From assembly GCA_964016885.1 (NCBI GenBank), contig OZ024743.1, positions 163,618,001 to 163,682,000 of the forward strand: a stretch of 64,000 bases of DNA, read 5' to 3'. Origin of the DNA: Eledone cirrhosa (taxonomy: Eukaryota). The first letter of the stretch is position 1; each line of letters opens with the position of its first letter. The position numbers and the translations under genes are program-made. The notes under the pieces were generated by a model. The model searched no databases. It saw only the letters and a list, made by a program, of their open reading frames with translations, and was not told where the DNA came from. This document shows positions 1 to 13,714 of this stretch, one piece after another.

Positions 1-1463
1 TAAAAGTTAGTACACTGAGACTGCAGACATCCATCATATATATATATGTGTGTGTCCCAGTAAAAGTTAGTACACTGAGACTGCAGACATCCATCATATA
101 TATATATATATGTGTGTGTCCCAGTAAAAGTTAGAATACTGAGACTGCAGACATCCATCATATATATATATGTGTGTGTGTCCCAGTAAAAGTTAGAACA
201 CTGAGACTGCAGACATCCTTCATATATATATATGTGTGTGTCCCAGTAAAAGTTAGTAGACTGAGACTGCAGACATCCATCATATATATATATATGTGTG
301 TGTGTCCCAGTAAAAGTTAGTACACTGAGACTGCAGACATCCATCATATATATATATGTGTGTGTCCCAGTAAAAGTTAGTACACTGAGACTGCAGACAT
401 CCATCATATATATATATATGTGTGTGTCCCAGTAAAAGTTAGAACACTGAGACTGCAGACATCCATCATATATATATATGTGTGTGTGTGTCCCAGTAAA
501 AGTTAGTACACTGAGACTGCAGACATCCATCATATATATATATATGTGTGTGTCCCAGTAAAAGTTAGTACACTGAGACTGCAGACATCCATCATATATA
601 TATATATGTGTGTGTCCCAGTAAAAGTTAGAACACTGAGACTGCAGACATCCATCATATATATATATGTGTGTGTGTCCCAGTAAAAGTTAGAACACTGA
701 GACTGCAGACATCCATCATATATATATATATGTGTGTGTGTCCCAGTATAAGTTAGTACACTGAGACTACAGACATCCATCATATATATATATGTGTGTG
801 TGTCCCAGTAAAAGTTAGTACACTGAGACTGCAGACATCCATCATATATATATATGTGTGTGTCCCAGTAAAGTTAGTACACTGAGACTGCAGACATCCA
901 TCATATATATATATATATGTGTGTGTGTCCCAGTAAAAGTTAGTACACTGAGACTACAGACATCCATCATATATATATATATATGTGTGTGTGTCCCAGT
1001 AAAAGTTAGTACACTGAGACTGCAGACATCCATCATATATATATATATGTGTGTGTGTCCCAGTAAAAGTTAGTACACTGAGACTGCAGACATCCATCAT
1101 ATATATATGTGTGTGTGTCCCAGTAAAAGTTAGAACACTGAGACTGCAGACATCCATCATATATATATATGTGTGTGTCCCAGTAAAAGTTAGTACACTG
1201 AGACTGCAGAAATCCATCATATATATATATGTGTGTGTGTCCCAGTAAAATTTACAACACTGAGACTGCAGACATCCATCATATATATATATATGTGTGT
1301 GTCCCAGTAAAAGTTAGTACACTGAGACTGCAGACATCCATCATATATATATATGTGTGTGTGTCCCAGTAAAAGTTAGTACACTGAGACTGCAGACATC
1401 CATCATATATATATATATATGTGTGTGTCCCAGTAAAAGTTAGTAGACTGAGACTGCAGACAT

Positions 1464-1504
<41 letters not shown>

Positions 1505-4500
1505 CCCAGTAAAATTTACAACACTGAGACTGCAGACATCCATCATATATATATATATGTGTGTGTCCCAGTAAAAGTTAGTACACTGAGACTGCAGACA
1601 TCCATCATATATATATATGTGTGTGTGTCCCAGTAAAAGTTAGTACACTGAGACTGCAGACATCCATCATATATATATATATATGTGTGTGTCCCAGTAA
1701 AAGTTAGTAGACTGAGACTGCAGACATCCATCATATATATATATATATGTGTGTGTGTGTCCCAGTAAAAGTTAGTACACTGAGACTGCAGACATCCATC
1801 ATATATATATATGTGTGTCTCCCAGTAAAAGTTAGTAGACTGAGACTGCAGACATCCATCATATATATATATATGTGTGTGTGTCCCAGTAAAAGTTAGT
1901 ACACTGAGACTGCAGACATCCATCATATATATACATGTGTGTCTCCCAGTAAAAGTTAGTAGACTGAGACTGCAGACATCCATCATATATATATATATGT
2001 GTGTGTGTCCCCCAGTAAAAGTTAGAACACTGAGACTGCAGACATCCATCATATATATATATATGTGTGTGTGTGTCCCAGTAAAAGTTAGTAGACTGAG
2101 ACTGCAGACATCCATCATATATATATATGTGTGTGTGTGTCCCAGTAAAAGTTAGTAGACTGAGACTGCAGACATCCATCATATATATATATATGTGTGT
2201 GTGTCCCAGTAAAAGTTAGTAGACTGAGACTGCAGACATCCATCATATATATATATGTGTGTGTGTGTCCCAGTAAAAGTTAGTAGACTGAGACTGCAGA
2301 CATCCATCATATATATATATGTGTGTGTGTCCCAGTAAAAGTTAGAACACTGAGACTGCAGACATCCATCATATATATATATGTGTGTGTCCCAGTAAAA
2401 GTTAGTACACTGAGACTGCAGACATCCATCATATATATATATGTGTGTGTGTCCCAGTAAAAGTTAGTACACTGAGACTGCAGACATCCATCATATATAT
2501 ATATATGTGTGTCCCCCAGTAAAAGTTAGAACACTGAGACTGCAGACATCCATCATATATATATATGTGTGTGTGTGTCCCAGTAAAAGTTAGTACACTG
2601 AGACTGCAGACATCCATCATATATATATATATGTGTGTGTGTCCCAGTAAAAGTTACAACACTGAGAGTGCAGACATCCATCATATATATATATGTGTGT
2701 GTGTCCCAGTAAAAGTTAGTACACTGAGACTGCAGACATCCATCATATATATATATGTATGTGTGTCCCAGTAGAAGTTAGAACACTGAGACTGCAGACA
2801 TCCATCATATATATATATGTGTGTGTGTGTCCCAGTAAAAGTTAGTACACTGAGACTACAGACATCCATCATATATATATATGTGTGAGTGTCCCAGTAA
2901 AAGTTAGAACACTGAGACTGCAGACATCCATCATATATATATATATGTGTGTGTCCCAGTAAAAGTTAGTACACTGAGACTGCAGACATCCATCATATAT
3001 ATATATGTGTGTGTCCCAGTAAAAGTTAGTACACTGAGACTGCAGACATCCATCATATATATATATGTGTGTGTGTCCCAGTAAAGGTTAGTACACTGAG
3101 ACTGCAGACATCCATCATATATATATATATGTGTGTGTCCCAGTAAAAGTTAGAACACTGAGACTGCAGACATCCATCATATATATATATATGTGTGTGT
3201 GTCCCAGTAAAAGCTAGAACACTGAGACTGCAGACATCCATCATATATATATATGTGTGTGTCCCAGTAAAAGTTAGAACACTGAGACTGCAGACATCCA
3301 TCATATATATATATATGTGTGTGTGTCCCAGTAAAAGTTAGTACACTGAGACTGCAGACACGCATCATATATATATGTGTGTGTGTGTCCCAGTAAAAGT
3401 TAGTACACTGAGACTGCAGACATCCATCATATATATATATATGTGTGTGTGTGTCCCAGTAAAATTTAGTACACTGAGACTGCAGACATCCATCATATAT
3501 ATATATATATGTGTGTGTCCCAGTAAAAGTTAGTACACTGAGACTACAGACATCCATCATATATATATATATATGTATGTGTGTCCCAGTAAAAGTTAGA
3601 ACACTGAGACTGCAGACATCCATCATATATATATATGTGTGTGTGTGTCCCAGTAAAAGTTACAACACTGAGACTGCAGACATCCATCATATATATATAT
3701 ATATGTGTGTGTGTCCCAGTAAAAGTTAGAACACTGAGACTGCAGACATCCATCATATATATATATGTGTGTGTGTCCCAGTAAAAGTTAGTACACTGAG
3801 ACTGCAGACATCCATCATATATATATATGTGTGTGTGTGTCCCAGTAAAAGTTAGTACACTGAGACTGCAGACATCCATCATATATATATATGTGTGTGT
3901 GTGTCCCAGTAAAAGTTAGTACACTGAGACTGCAGACATCCATCATATATATATATGTGTGTGTGTCCCAGTAAAAGTTACAACACTGAGACTGCAGACA
4001 TCCATCATATATATATATATGTGTGTGTGTCCCAGTAAAAGTTAGTACACTGAGACTGCAGACATCCATCATATATATATATGTGTGTGTGTCCCAGTAA
4101 AAGTTAGTACACTGAGACTGCAGACATCCATCATATATATATATATGTGTGTGTGTCCCAGTAAAAGTTAGTACACTGAGACTGCAGACATCCATCATAT
4201 ATATATATGTGTGTGTGTCCCAGTAAAAGTTAGTACACTGAGACTACAGACATCCATCATATATATATATGTGTGTGTGTCCCAGTAAAAGTTAGTACAC
4301 TGAGACTGCAGACATCCATCATATATATATATGTGTGTGTGTGTCCCAGTAAAAGTTAGTAGACTGAGACTGCAGACATCCATCATATATATATATGTGT
4401 GTGTGTGTCCCAGTAAAAGTTAGTACACTGAGACTGCAGACATCCATCATATATATATATATGTGTGTCCCAGTAAAAGTTAGTAGACTGAGACTGCAGA

Positions 4501-5275
4501 CATCCATCATATATATATATGTGTGTGTGTCCCAGTAAAAGTTAGTACACTGAGACTGCAGACATCCATCATATATATATATATATGTGTGTGTCCCAGT
4601 AAAAGTTAGTACACTGAGACTGCAGACATCCATCATATATATATATATGTGTGTGTCCCAGTAAAAGTTAGTACACTGAGACTGCAGACATCCATCATAT
4701 ATATATATGTGTGTGTCCCAGTAAAAGTCAGTACACTGAGACTGCAGACATCCATCATATATATATATATATGTGTGTGTGTCCCAGTAAAAGTTAGTAC
4801 ACTGAGACTGCAGACATCCATCATATTTATATGTGTGTGTGTCCCAGTAAAAGTTAGAACACTGAGACTGCAGACATCCATCACATATATATATATATGT
4901 GTGTGTGTCCCAGTAAAAGTTAGTACACTGAGACTGCAGACATCCATCATATATATATATATATGTGTGTGTGTGTCCCAGTAAAATTTAGTACACTGAG
5001 ACTGCAGACATCCATCATATATATATATATATGTGTGTGTCCCAGTAAAAGTTAGAACACTGAGACTGCAGACATCCATCATATATATATATATGTGTGT
5101 GTCCCAGTAAAAGTTAGTACACTGAGACTGCAGACATCCATCTTATATATATGTGTGTGTGTCCCAGTAAAAGTTAGTACACTGAGACTGCAGACATCCA
5201 TCATATATATATATGTGTGTGTGTGTCCCAGTAAAAGTTAGAACACTGAGACTGCAGACACCCATCATATATATG
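1..5275. repeat. Compound minisatellite array: ~40-bp core (CCCAGTAAAAGTTAGTACACTGAGACTGCAGACATCCATC) plus variable (AT)n(GT)m; unit ~60-70 bp, roughly 80-85 copies, runs off the window start
   Basis: Directly visible tandem repetition; recurrent core variants TAGTACAC/TAGAACAC/TAGTAGAC/TACAACAC and CTGCAG/CTACAG. Confidence 0.98.
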
Positions 5276-5724
5276 TGTAGCGAAGTGACACCTGTCGTGT
5301 GCTTGGGGACAGCTATGCAGAGTTACCTGCACATAGCTCTGACGTGACCAAATCATTCTCTCTCTGGCGGTGACTTGCGAAGAGATGACACACATAATTT
5401 TGTGCTACGCTAAACAGCCATCATTATTATTTTTCGATAAAATAAAGTACCAGTAATGTACTCGGTAATTGCTGGCCTTGTGCCTAAAATAGAAACAATT
5501 ATTATTTTATAATCCCGCCGAGGTTAACTTTGCCTTTCATCCTTACGGGGTCGATAAAATAAAGTACCAGTAATACACTGGGATAATTTCTGGCCTTGTG
5601 CCAAAAGTAGAAACAATTATTTTATAATAAAATAATATATTTTATTATATACAATTGGTTATGCTGTATTTTCTAAGAAGATATCTGATTCACTTCTGTA
5701 ATGGGAATCAGGTAGCTTTCTAAA
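5276..5724 (+). repeat. 5' LTR, interrupted by SINE fragments at ~5434-5620
   Basis: 5276-5425 matches 10200-10350, and 5630-5724 matches ~10878-10972. Confidence 0.9.
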
Positions 5725-5725
5725 G

Positions 5726-5739
5726 TGGCTGACGCCGAC
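5726..5739 (+). promoter_or_regulatory. Primer binding site, degenerate tRNA-Trp type
   Basis: TGGCTGACGCCGAC 1 nt after the LTR, resembling TGGTGACCCCGAC, the complement of the animal tRNA-Trp 3' end used by CsRn1-clade elements. Confidence 0.65.
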
Positions 5740-6376
5740 AAAGAAAAAAAACGCCTTCTCATCTGTTAACTTTCAACTTCTCTTCCACATCTCGAACGCA
5801 ACATTTTTTCTTCGAAAACAGAAAAACAAGCAAAAACTAGTGTAATACAGTGGAGTACAAAAAAAAACAGTGACTTTAGAAAAACCAAACAAAAACTATC
5901 GCGAACTAAAACAGTGCTTAACAATATTGAACATTTTAGAAAAAAAAAAAAAAGTTTATATATATATATATTTTATTATAAGAAAAAAAAAAACTAAAAA
6001 TTCAACATGGCTGCCCTGTCCAGCAATTTTTGAGCCATTTCTTCTACTTGGCAGGAATGCAGCCATCTGATTGGCTGAGCCGCATCATGGGATGACTTCT
6101 TCTTGAACAAGAAATGCTGAAGCCATCTTTGTATCTTATGTCTTACTGTCGTGCGACTTAAAATTTCCGAATTTTGCCAATTCACTAAAGGACTGTTTCT
6201 TGTATAAATAGTAGACAACGTTTTTATTGATGTGTGGATGTTAAGGGAATTTTGTATTTTCCCGTTGTTCTAAACATCTCATTTTTCTGTGTTAGGCACT
6301 CGGAAGCGATACCTCGTGCCGTTCGTTTCAACAGGATATCACTTTGAATTTTTATGTGGACTGATACATTCTCATA

Positions 6377-7153
6377 ATGAGTGGTACGAATTTACCTGTG
6401 TTTTCTGGCGATCCTAAGCTATGGTTCACGCAACTAGATGCCTATTTTGCTGCCTGCGGAGTTAAAGCAGAACACAAGCTCAATGTCCTGGTTAGTGGGA
6501 TACCTGCTTCGCTGGCTACTTCAGTAAAGGATTTAATCATAGATCCGCCACTTGGTACAAGTTATGATTGGAGACAGAAATTTTACGACAAAATTGTGGA
6601 TCTGCTGAAAGCAGATTTCGTTCCTTACTGGAAGCCGAGAGCTTAGGCGATAGGACTCCATCTGAATTCTTACGACGTATTCGAAACCTGAGCGAGTCAG
6701 CCGACGAAGACAGCTCCTTCATTAAAAAACTACTTTTCTCTCGCCTTCTGAATAACGTCCAGACGATATTGGCCAACATGATCGATACCAGCTCGTTAGA
6801 GCAGATTTCTGCTTCAGCTGATCGGATAGTGGAATTTTCATGACAAACGACCTCGTCGGACTCTTGTGTTGCTTCTTCCTCCGTTTCGAGCCAGCGTGTC
6901 TCAACACGCAAAGACGCCATGTTGCAGGCTATCGACGCATTGACATGTCAGGTAGCTAATTTATGCAGGGAGAATAGGCCATCTTCCAGGCGGTCAAAAA
7001 GACGCATTCCTTCTCGTCTTCTCATCGTCGCGCCAATACGCCTGCCAGAAATTCTTCTTTCTGCTGGTATCATGCCACATTTACAGAAAATGCGAAGCAC
7101 TGCAGACCACCTTGTAGCTATTCGACTGCGAGAAACGTAAAACAGAGTCACTG
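6377..7153 (+). pseudogene. gag: Gypsy gag (frameshifted), with CHCC zinc motif at 7062-7115
   Basis: LPVFSGDPKLWFTQLDAYF N-terminus, LGDRTPSEFLRR, and CWYHATFTENAKHCRPPC (C-x2-H-x9-C-x3-C). Confidence 0.88.
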
Positions 7154-7189
7154 AAGGCGGCAGCTGAACTCTGTGCGGACCACCGTAAC

Positions 7190-10000
7190 CGCCATTTCTT
7201 TATAGAGGACAGCCTGTCAGGAAGATCTTTCCTTGTAGATACGGGAGCCTCCTGCAGCATTTGGCCGGTGAATTGTGTTAAGGAAACTCCTCCTGAGTCG
7301 CCCATGAATCTACGAGCTGTTAATCATTCGCCAATACGGACTTTTGGACAAATCTCGCTCCCGCCTTAAATTCAGACATCTACGACGAGAATTTAAATGG
7401 GTTTTTACAATTGCTGCCCTACCATGTCCAATCTTGGGAGCGGATTTTCTACACTATTTTGCTTTGACTGGACGTCCGTGGCCGACGCTTAGTGGATGGC
7501 ATAACTGGCTTTTCTCTTTGTTGCCAAAAAGCTGATTTTCCAACGGTTAGCCCGACCTTCTTCATCGCTACCACTGGAAACGCCTATCATGGATTATTGG
7601 ATTCGTTCCCACAACTTACTCCAGGAAATTTTCGAGTCGCGGGACCGACTCGCACAACGGAGCATTTTATCACTACAACTGGCGCCCTAGTGTTTTCACG
7701 TCCTTGTCGCTTGCCTGCGGACAAATTGAAAGCAGCACGGTCCGAGTTCGACCATATGCTGCAGCTAGGCATAATTCGCCCCTCTACGAGCCCTTGGGCT
7801 TCTCCGTTACACATGGTACCCAAGACTTCTGGCGACTGGATTATAGGAAGTTGAACGCTATAACTGTCCCAGATAGATATCCTATTCCACATCTGCAAGA
7901 TTTTGCATCGTCGTTGCAGGGATGTAAAATTTTCTCGAAGCTCGCTTTGGTGCGAGCCTATCATCAAATTCCTGTCAAGAAAGAAGATATTCCGAAAACG
8001 GCCATTACGACTCCATTTGGATCATTCGAATTTCTAACCATGCCTTTCGGACTCAGGAATGCTGCTAGCGCCTTTCAACGGTTTAGAATTTGTCTACACT
8101 TATATAGATGATCTTCTGGTTGCTAGTTCCTCAAGAGAAGAACATATGCGTCATCTGAATCTTTTATTCTGTCGACTACGGGATAACAGCGTTCTAATAA
8201 ATCCCGCGAAATGTGTTTTTGGTGCGGAATCACTGAATTTTTTAGGTCATGTCATCGACGCCGAGGGTATCCGACCCCTCCCTCAACAAGTGAAGGCCAT
8301 TCAGGATTAGCCTCCTCCTACCTCACTTTGCCAGTTACGTCAATTCTTGGGACCGATAAATTTTTATAGACGTTTCGTTCCTCAGTGTGCTAAACTACTC
8401 TTTTCTCTTACCGAGACTTTTAAAAAATTGTCGCAAGAAGAATAAGGAAATTTCTTTGACCCAGACTCAGCTCGAAGATTTTCAGAATGCCAAAACAGCA
8501 TTGGCTAGTGCATCTTTGCTAGCCCACCCAGTGTCCAATGCCAAGCTTTCGCTTTGTGTTGATGTATCGGATACTGCAGTGGGTGCAGTCTTGCAACAGA
8601 GTAGTGCCGATCACCAACAACCAGGAAGCTGAAACCAGCAGAAACTCGCTACAACACTTTTGGTCGGGAGCTGTTAGCCATCTACCTTTCCGTGAAACAT
8701 TTTTCGCATATGCTTGAAGGAAGGAATTTTACAATCTTTACTGACCACAAACCTTTGACTTTCGCTTTGAGGGCAAAGTCCGACAAATACTCGCCCAGAG
8801 AGACAAGGCACCTCGACTTTATTTCGCAGTTCACCAATGACATCCAGCATATCCCAGGCTCACTGAATACACCGGCCGATGCCCTGTCACGATTGCCAAT
8901 CAGTTCGATTTCGTCATCCCAAGAGATTGATTTAAATCACTTGGCAGCAGACCAGCCTGCACTCGAATCATTGGATCTTGGATCAACCGAATTTGTGACT
9001 AGCAATTTGAAATACCTGCCTTTGCCTACCGCAGACGGACAGATTCTCTGCAACGTTTCTTTGGGTTCACCAAGACCATTCGTCCCGCCAAACCATCGTC
9101 GAACTGTGTTTCTTGCTTTGCACTCATTTCTCACCCAGGATCTTCCGCCACAGTAAAGCTCATAACAGCCAGATTTTTCTGGCCAAATATGAGGTGCGAT
9201 ATTACTGTTTGGTGCCGTTCCTGTATTACTTGCCAGAAATCGAAAATTCACAAACACGTTAAGGCTCCACTTGGTACTTTCAGTACACCGGACGCTCGTT
9301 TTCGTCACATTCATGTGGACATCGTGGGACTTTGGCCAGTCAGTTGTGGTCCTTCTTATCTGTTGACTATTGTAGATTGTTTTTCGCGATGGCCTGAAGC
9401 CATCCCCTTGAAAGACATCACTGCTGAGACGATAGCGCATGCCCTTGTATCAGGGTGGATTGCCAACCACGGTTACTACCGACCATGGAAGACAGTTTCA
9501 ATCTGTTCTCTTCTCCGAATTGACGAAGATCATTGGCGCTAAACGCATCCGAACAACTTCATATCATCCCGCTCTACGGGCTTCTTCTGACTCTATGCGT
9601 TGGTGTGAGTACCTCCCTATTGTGTTGCTAGGGATTCGATCATCAATAAAGGTGGACCTTGGGTTCTCTCCGGCCGAATTATTGTAGGTGCTCCTCTAGC
9701 GTTACCTGGGCAAATACTTGCCCCTGTCGATCTTGCTACACAAGATCCGCTTTCTTACGTATCCGGTCTGCGTTCTTATTTTCAGGACCTGCCGCCGATG
9801 GATACGAGGAAACAAACTGTAAAAACTGCAGTCCCGAGGGATATTGCCTCGTGGACCCATGTGTTCGTAAGAAACGATGCTGTGAGACCACCTCTCACAC
9901 AACTGTACTCTGGACCCTACCGTGTGTTAGCTCGTTCTGATAAACATTTCACAGTAGACATTAAGGGATCCAGATAGACCATTGCGGTTGATAGACTTAC
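7190..10000 (+). pseudogene. pol: Gypsy pol (protease, RT, RNase H, integrase), fragmented
   Basis: [94 protein letters not shown] across several frames. Confidence 0.93.
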
Positions 10001-10199
10001 AGGCACACACAGACGCTCACGCACCTGAGCCACAAACGCCCTCATCTTTCTCTTTTGCACACACACCTGTTTCTTTGCATGCCTTGCATTTTGTTTGCTG
10101 CTTGTGCAAACATTTCTTTTGTTTATTACCTATCTTTGCCTTGCTTCTCACTACATATGTTTACTTCTTCATCGATTGGTCATCTGGAGGAGGGCTATA

Positions 10200-10972
10200 T
10201 GTAGCGAAGCGACACCTGTCGTCTGCTTGGGGACAGCTATGCAGAGTTACCTGCACATAGCTCTGACGTCACCAAATCATTCTCACTCCGGCGGCAACTT
10301 GCGAAGAGACGACACGCATAATTTTGTGCTACGCTAAACAGCCATCATTAGGTGAATTGGCAGTATCGATAAAGGGTCGGACGCCATGCTTTGACGCATA
10401 GAGTTACGGCCCTTGCCATTCTGAGTTCAAATCCCGCCAAGGTTAACTTTGCCTTTCATTCTTACGGGGTCGATAAAATAAAGTACCAGTAATGTACTGG
10501 GTATTTGCTGGTCTTGTGCCAAAAAGTAGAAACAATTATTATTTTATATTTATTTTAAAAGTAGAAACAATTATTATTTTATAATAAATAATCGAGGGTG
10601 GTGGATTGGCAGTATTGGTAAAGGGTCGGATGCCATGCTTTGCAGCAAAGAGTTACGGCCCTTTATGGTCTGAGTTCAAATTCCGCCGAGGTTAACCGGG
10701 GTCGATAAAATAAAGTACCAGTAATGTACTAAGTAATTGCTGGCCTTGTGCCAAAAGTAGAAACAATTATTATTTTATAATAAAATAATTGTTTCTACTT
10801 TCGGCACAAGGCCAGCAATTACCCAGTACATTACTGGTACTTTATTTTATCGACCTCGTAAGGATGAAAGGCAACCAAAATAATATATTTTATTATATAC
10901 AATTGGTTATGCTGTATTTTCTAAGAAGATATCTGATTCACTTCTGTAATGGGAATCAGGTAGCTTTCTAAA
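10200..10972 (+). repeat. 3' LTR, preceded by PPT GGAGGAGGG (10186-10194) and interrupted by three SINE copies at ~10351-10873, the last inverted
   Basis: Homology to the 5' LTR on both sides of the SINE cluster. Confidence 0.9.
10351..10873. mobile_element. Cluster of ~190-bp tRNA-derived SINEs (family A): two on +, one partial on -
   Basis: A-box-like TGGCAGTATCG, B-box GAGTTCAAATCC, core GCCTTTCATCCTTACGGGGTCGATAAAATAAAGTACCAG, tail GTAGAAACA(ATT)n; same family at 5434-5620, 33878-34071, 46300-46520 and 53360-53945. Confidence 0.85.
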
Positions 10973-11236
10973 TATGTATGTGTATATGTATATGTATATG
11001 TCCCTAAGCTCAATGGCTAGAGCACTCAGTGGTACGAGGTTCAATCTCACATAGCAGATACTGGCAACTTCTTTTACCATCTCTAAGAGTCTTTATCTTA
11101 TTTTATAAACTATTTTGTAGCAACTGACTGTACTTGCAGTTATTTTCTGTGTTTGAGCATCCTGCATTTTCTATAAATTGTATTCTTTCAGTGCTTCATA
11201 AGTCTGAAAGGCAGAGCTTTGCACTTGATGTTTGTG

Positions 11237-11470
11237 TATATATACATAGTAAAGAATAAGTATGTATAAGGGTTTTTACAACAATTTATTCAGAAATTTT
11301 CTATTACAAATGTTTCATGATGACTATGCAGTGTGTTGATTCCATAGCATCAATCCAACCTCTTCAGATGGTCTTCCGAACATTTGTTTATCCACCCCTA
11401 GTTCTATGGAAAATTTCCGAATAAATCGATGTAAAAACCCAATATGCATATTTATTTTTCACTGTATATA
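11237..11470. mobile_element. Short fold-back element in (TA)n, Penelope pLTR-like, with a degenerate hammerhead on -
   Basis: 11237-11305 is an imperfect inverted repeat of 11405-11470; minus strand reads CTGAAGA...GAAAC. Confidence 0.5.
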
Positions 11471-11614
11471 CTCCGCCTGGACTGCCAGATGAAATCTGGG
11501 ATGCTTCAAGCTGTTGAGTGCTTTTGTCAGGATACTTCGAAATCTACCATTTGGGGTGTTGGATGCAATGCTGTAATTGGTCGTCTACCTACATATAATA
11601 TGTATATATATCGT

Positions 11615-12132
11615 GTGACCACCCAGTCCCACTCTGTAAAGGTGGTTGGTGTTAGGAAAGGCATCCAGCAGCCATAAAAATCCCACCCAAAACAATTCCC
11701 ACTATAAGCAGGGTACGCTGCAACCAACTGGCCAGACCTACCTCATAATGGGACCACCTAGTTCCATGGTTCTGCTATGAGCAGGGTACAGCGCAGCCAA
11801 CTGGCCAGACCCTCCTCATAATAGGACAACCCAGTTCCACACTGTAAACATGGTTGGTGTTTAGGAAGGACATGAAGCAGCTGAAATGTGGTCCAGTAAG
11901 AGCTAGGCCCGCTGCAGCCAACTGGCCTCACTAGCCTCATAAGTGGGACCACACACTCCCACACAGTAAATGTGGTTGGTGTTAGGAAGGACACCTAGCA
12001 GCTGTAAAAACCTAGCCAAGACATGGTCTCATATGAGTAAGATTCAGCGCAGCCAACTGACCACAATTGCCTCAAGTGTGATGACCTAGTCCAACACTTA
12101 AATGTGGTTGGTGTTAGGAAAGGCATCTAGCA
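11615..12132 (+). repeat. Diverged tandem repeat (~120-135 bp, ~4 copies) built from the RTE stem-loop module
   Basis: Repeated CACACTGTAAA..TGGTTGGTGTTAGGAAGG.CATC and CAGCCAACTGGCCAGACC. Confidence 0.75.
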
Positions 12133-12134
12133 TT

Positions 12135-12690
12135 TTCCTTTAGCATATAAATATCACGATTTTTAATAGAAACACGGTTAAAATATCCACAACTCCCCAC
12201 TTAACACCCAACATCACTGCATCTAAAGTAGCAAAATCACCTAGCCATAGTAATATAAACTCCTGAAATTAGTTTTAGCTGCAATTGTATTAATAGGGAC
12301 TACTACCCTCCAGCTCGGAAATGCCTATCAAGCAATATAGTTTATAAATGTAAGGTTAACACTTCAAATACTAGTAAGGCTTACATATCGTTAACAGCCA
12401 ATAGATTGAAGCTGCATTTATACATTCATTTTAAAAGTCTTTAAGAAGGAATATGACTTCACTTTCAGTCTATGTCTGGTGTTTAAAAAACAATAACAAC
12501 CGATATGTTAATCTGTGAGATGTTAGTTAAAGCTAAATCCTATAACAGTAATGAAATACCTTGTGATCTTTGTGCTGCTGAAGCCCTAAAAATTCTTTAT
12601 GTCAACTAAAGTATTTCAAACAAAAAAATCTGAGGCAATTTCGACTTGTAAACATAGACTGTATAAAACATTCTTCTATTACAGCCCCAC
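12135..12690 (+). pseudogene. Penelope-like element fragment (RT C-terminus and GIY-YIG endonuclease)
   Basis: Hand translation gives FNRNTVKIS, KCLSSNIVYKCKV, YISLTANRLK, TSLSVYVWCLKNN and CDLCAAEALKI, typical PLE GIY-YIG motifs. Confidence 0.7.
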
Positions 12691-12802
12691 ATTATATCTC
12701 AACGGTTAGTACGGACAATATGCAGATGATATACATCATTGATGTGGTAGCTAAGAACAATCAAACTTTATACTCAGCTTTTTATATATGTGTATGTATG
12801 TG

Positions 12803-13712
12803 TCATTATCATCATCATTTAACATCCATTTTCCATGCGAGCATTGGTTAGACGGGATGTCCCATTAGCGACAAGTCAGGTCAAGTGACTGTATCTTGCT
12901 CATATTTCTGGCTAGGTTTCAATGGCTGGATGCCGTTCCTAACACCAGCCACACTTACAGTGGGTGCTGGGTGCTTTTTGCATTGACACCTACACGACCA
13001 CTTTACCGTGTGCGCTTGGTGCTTTTTGTCATGACACCTATACAACTACTTTACAGTGTGGGCTGAATGCTTTTCTATTGTGATACCAACATAATTTTAC
13101 AGTGTAAGGGTGGTGTGGATGGGTGGGTTTTGGTGTGTTGGAGGTGTATGGAAGCGGGTATTGTGGTTAAGAGGTGCCTACTAGATGTATGTTTGAGTCC
13201 GTGCACATGGGAAGATGTCTTCTGTATTACTGCATAACACCAAAGATCTCCATCCTGTGCCATTGTCTTTGAGAGGTGCAATTACGCAAGGTCAGCTTTT
13301 ATCATCTCATCCTAGGTCTTCCCGCTCTATAGCCTCCATCAACTGTGATTGCCGTGCACCTTTTTATACAGCTGTCATCCTTCATATGCATCACATGTCC
13401 ATACCAATGCAATCTTCTCTCTAGTATACTGCATCTGATCACTCTTATGCTTGATTCTCTCTCAGTTCATTTATGCTTTGATGTTTGTGCATTACACATC
13501 CATCGGAGCATGCATGCTTCATTTCTTTCCAATCTTTTCAGGCCAGCTGCACACAGTGCCCAGGTCTCTCTACCATGTAACATTGCTGTTTGTATACATG
13601 TATCGTACAATCTACCCTTTATTTTAAAGGAAAAGCCTTTTGTAGCTAGCAATCGTAGTAGCTCCCTGAATTTCTTCCATCCTGTTTTCATTCTGGCTAC
13701 CGTACTTTCAGT
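12803..13712 (-). mobile_element. 5'-truncated RTE LINE (ORF C-terminus, 3' UTR, (GAT)n tail)
   Basis: GWKKFRELL..LATKGFS.KIKGRLYD; 3' UTR matches the other copies. Confidence 0.9.
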
Positions 13713-13714
13713 CT

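Larger units (their letters stand above)
5276..10972 (+). mobile_element. Full-length but decayed Ty3/Gypsy LTR retrotransposon, CsRn1/Kabuki-like clade
   Basis: Two LTRs starting TGTAGCGAAG; 4-bp TSD TATG (5272-5275 and 10973-10976); tRNA-Trp-like PBS; PPT; gag with CHCC motif; domain order PR-RT-RH-INT; many stops and frameshifts. Confidence 0.95.

Noticed and set aside
1-5275. CRISPR-like array or repetitive protein-coding ORFs (MMDVCSLSVLTFTG...)
   Set aside because: Spacers are simple microsatellites rather than unique sequences, there are no cas genes, and the context is eukaryotic. The ORFs shift frame with dinucleotide number. No hammerhead core was found in the unit on either strand.
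11003-11050. tRNA gene
   Set aside because: Only A/B-box-like remnants with no cloverleaf; more likely a SINE head.
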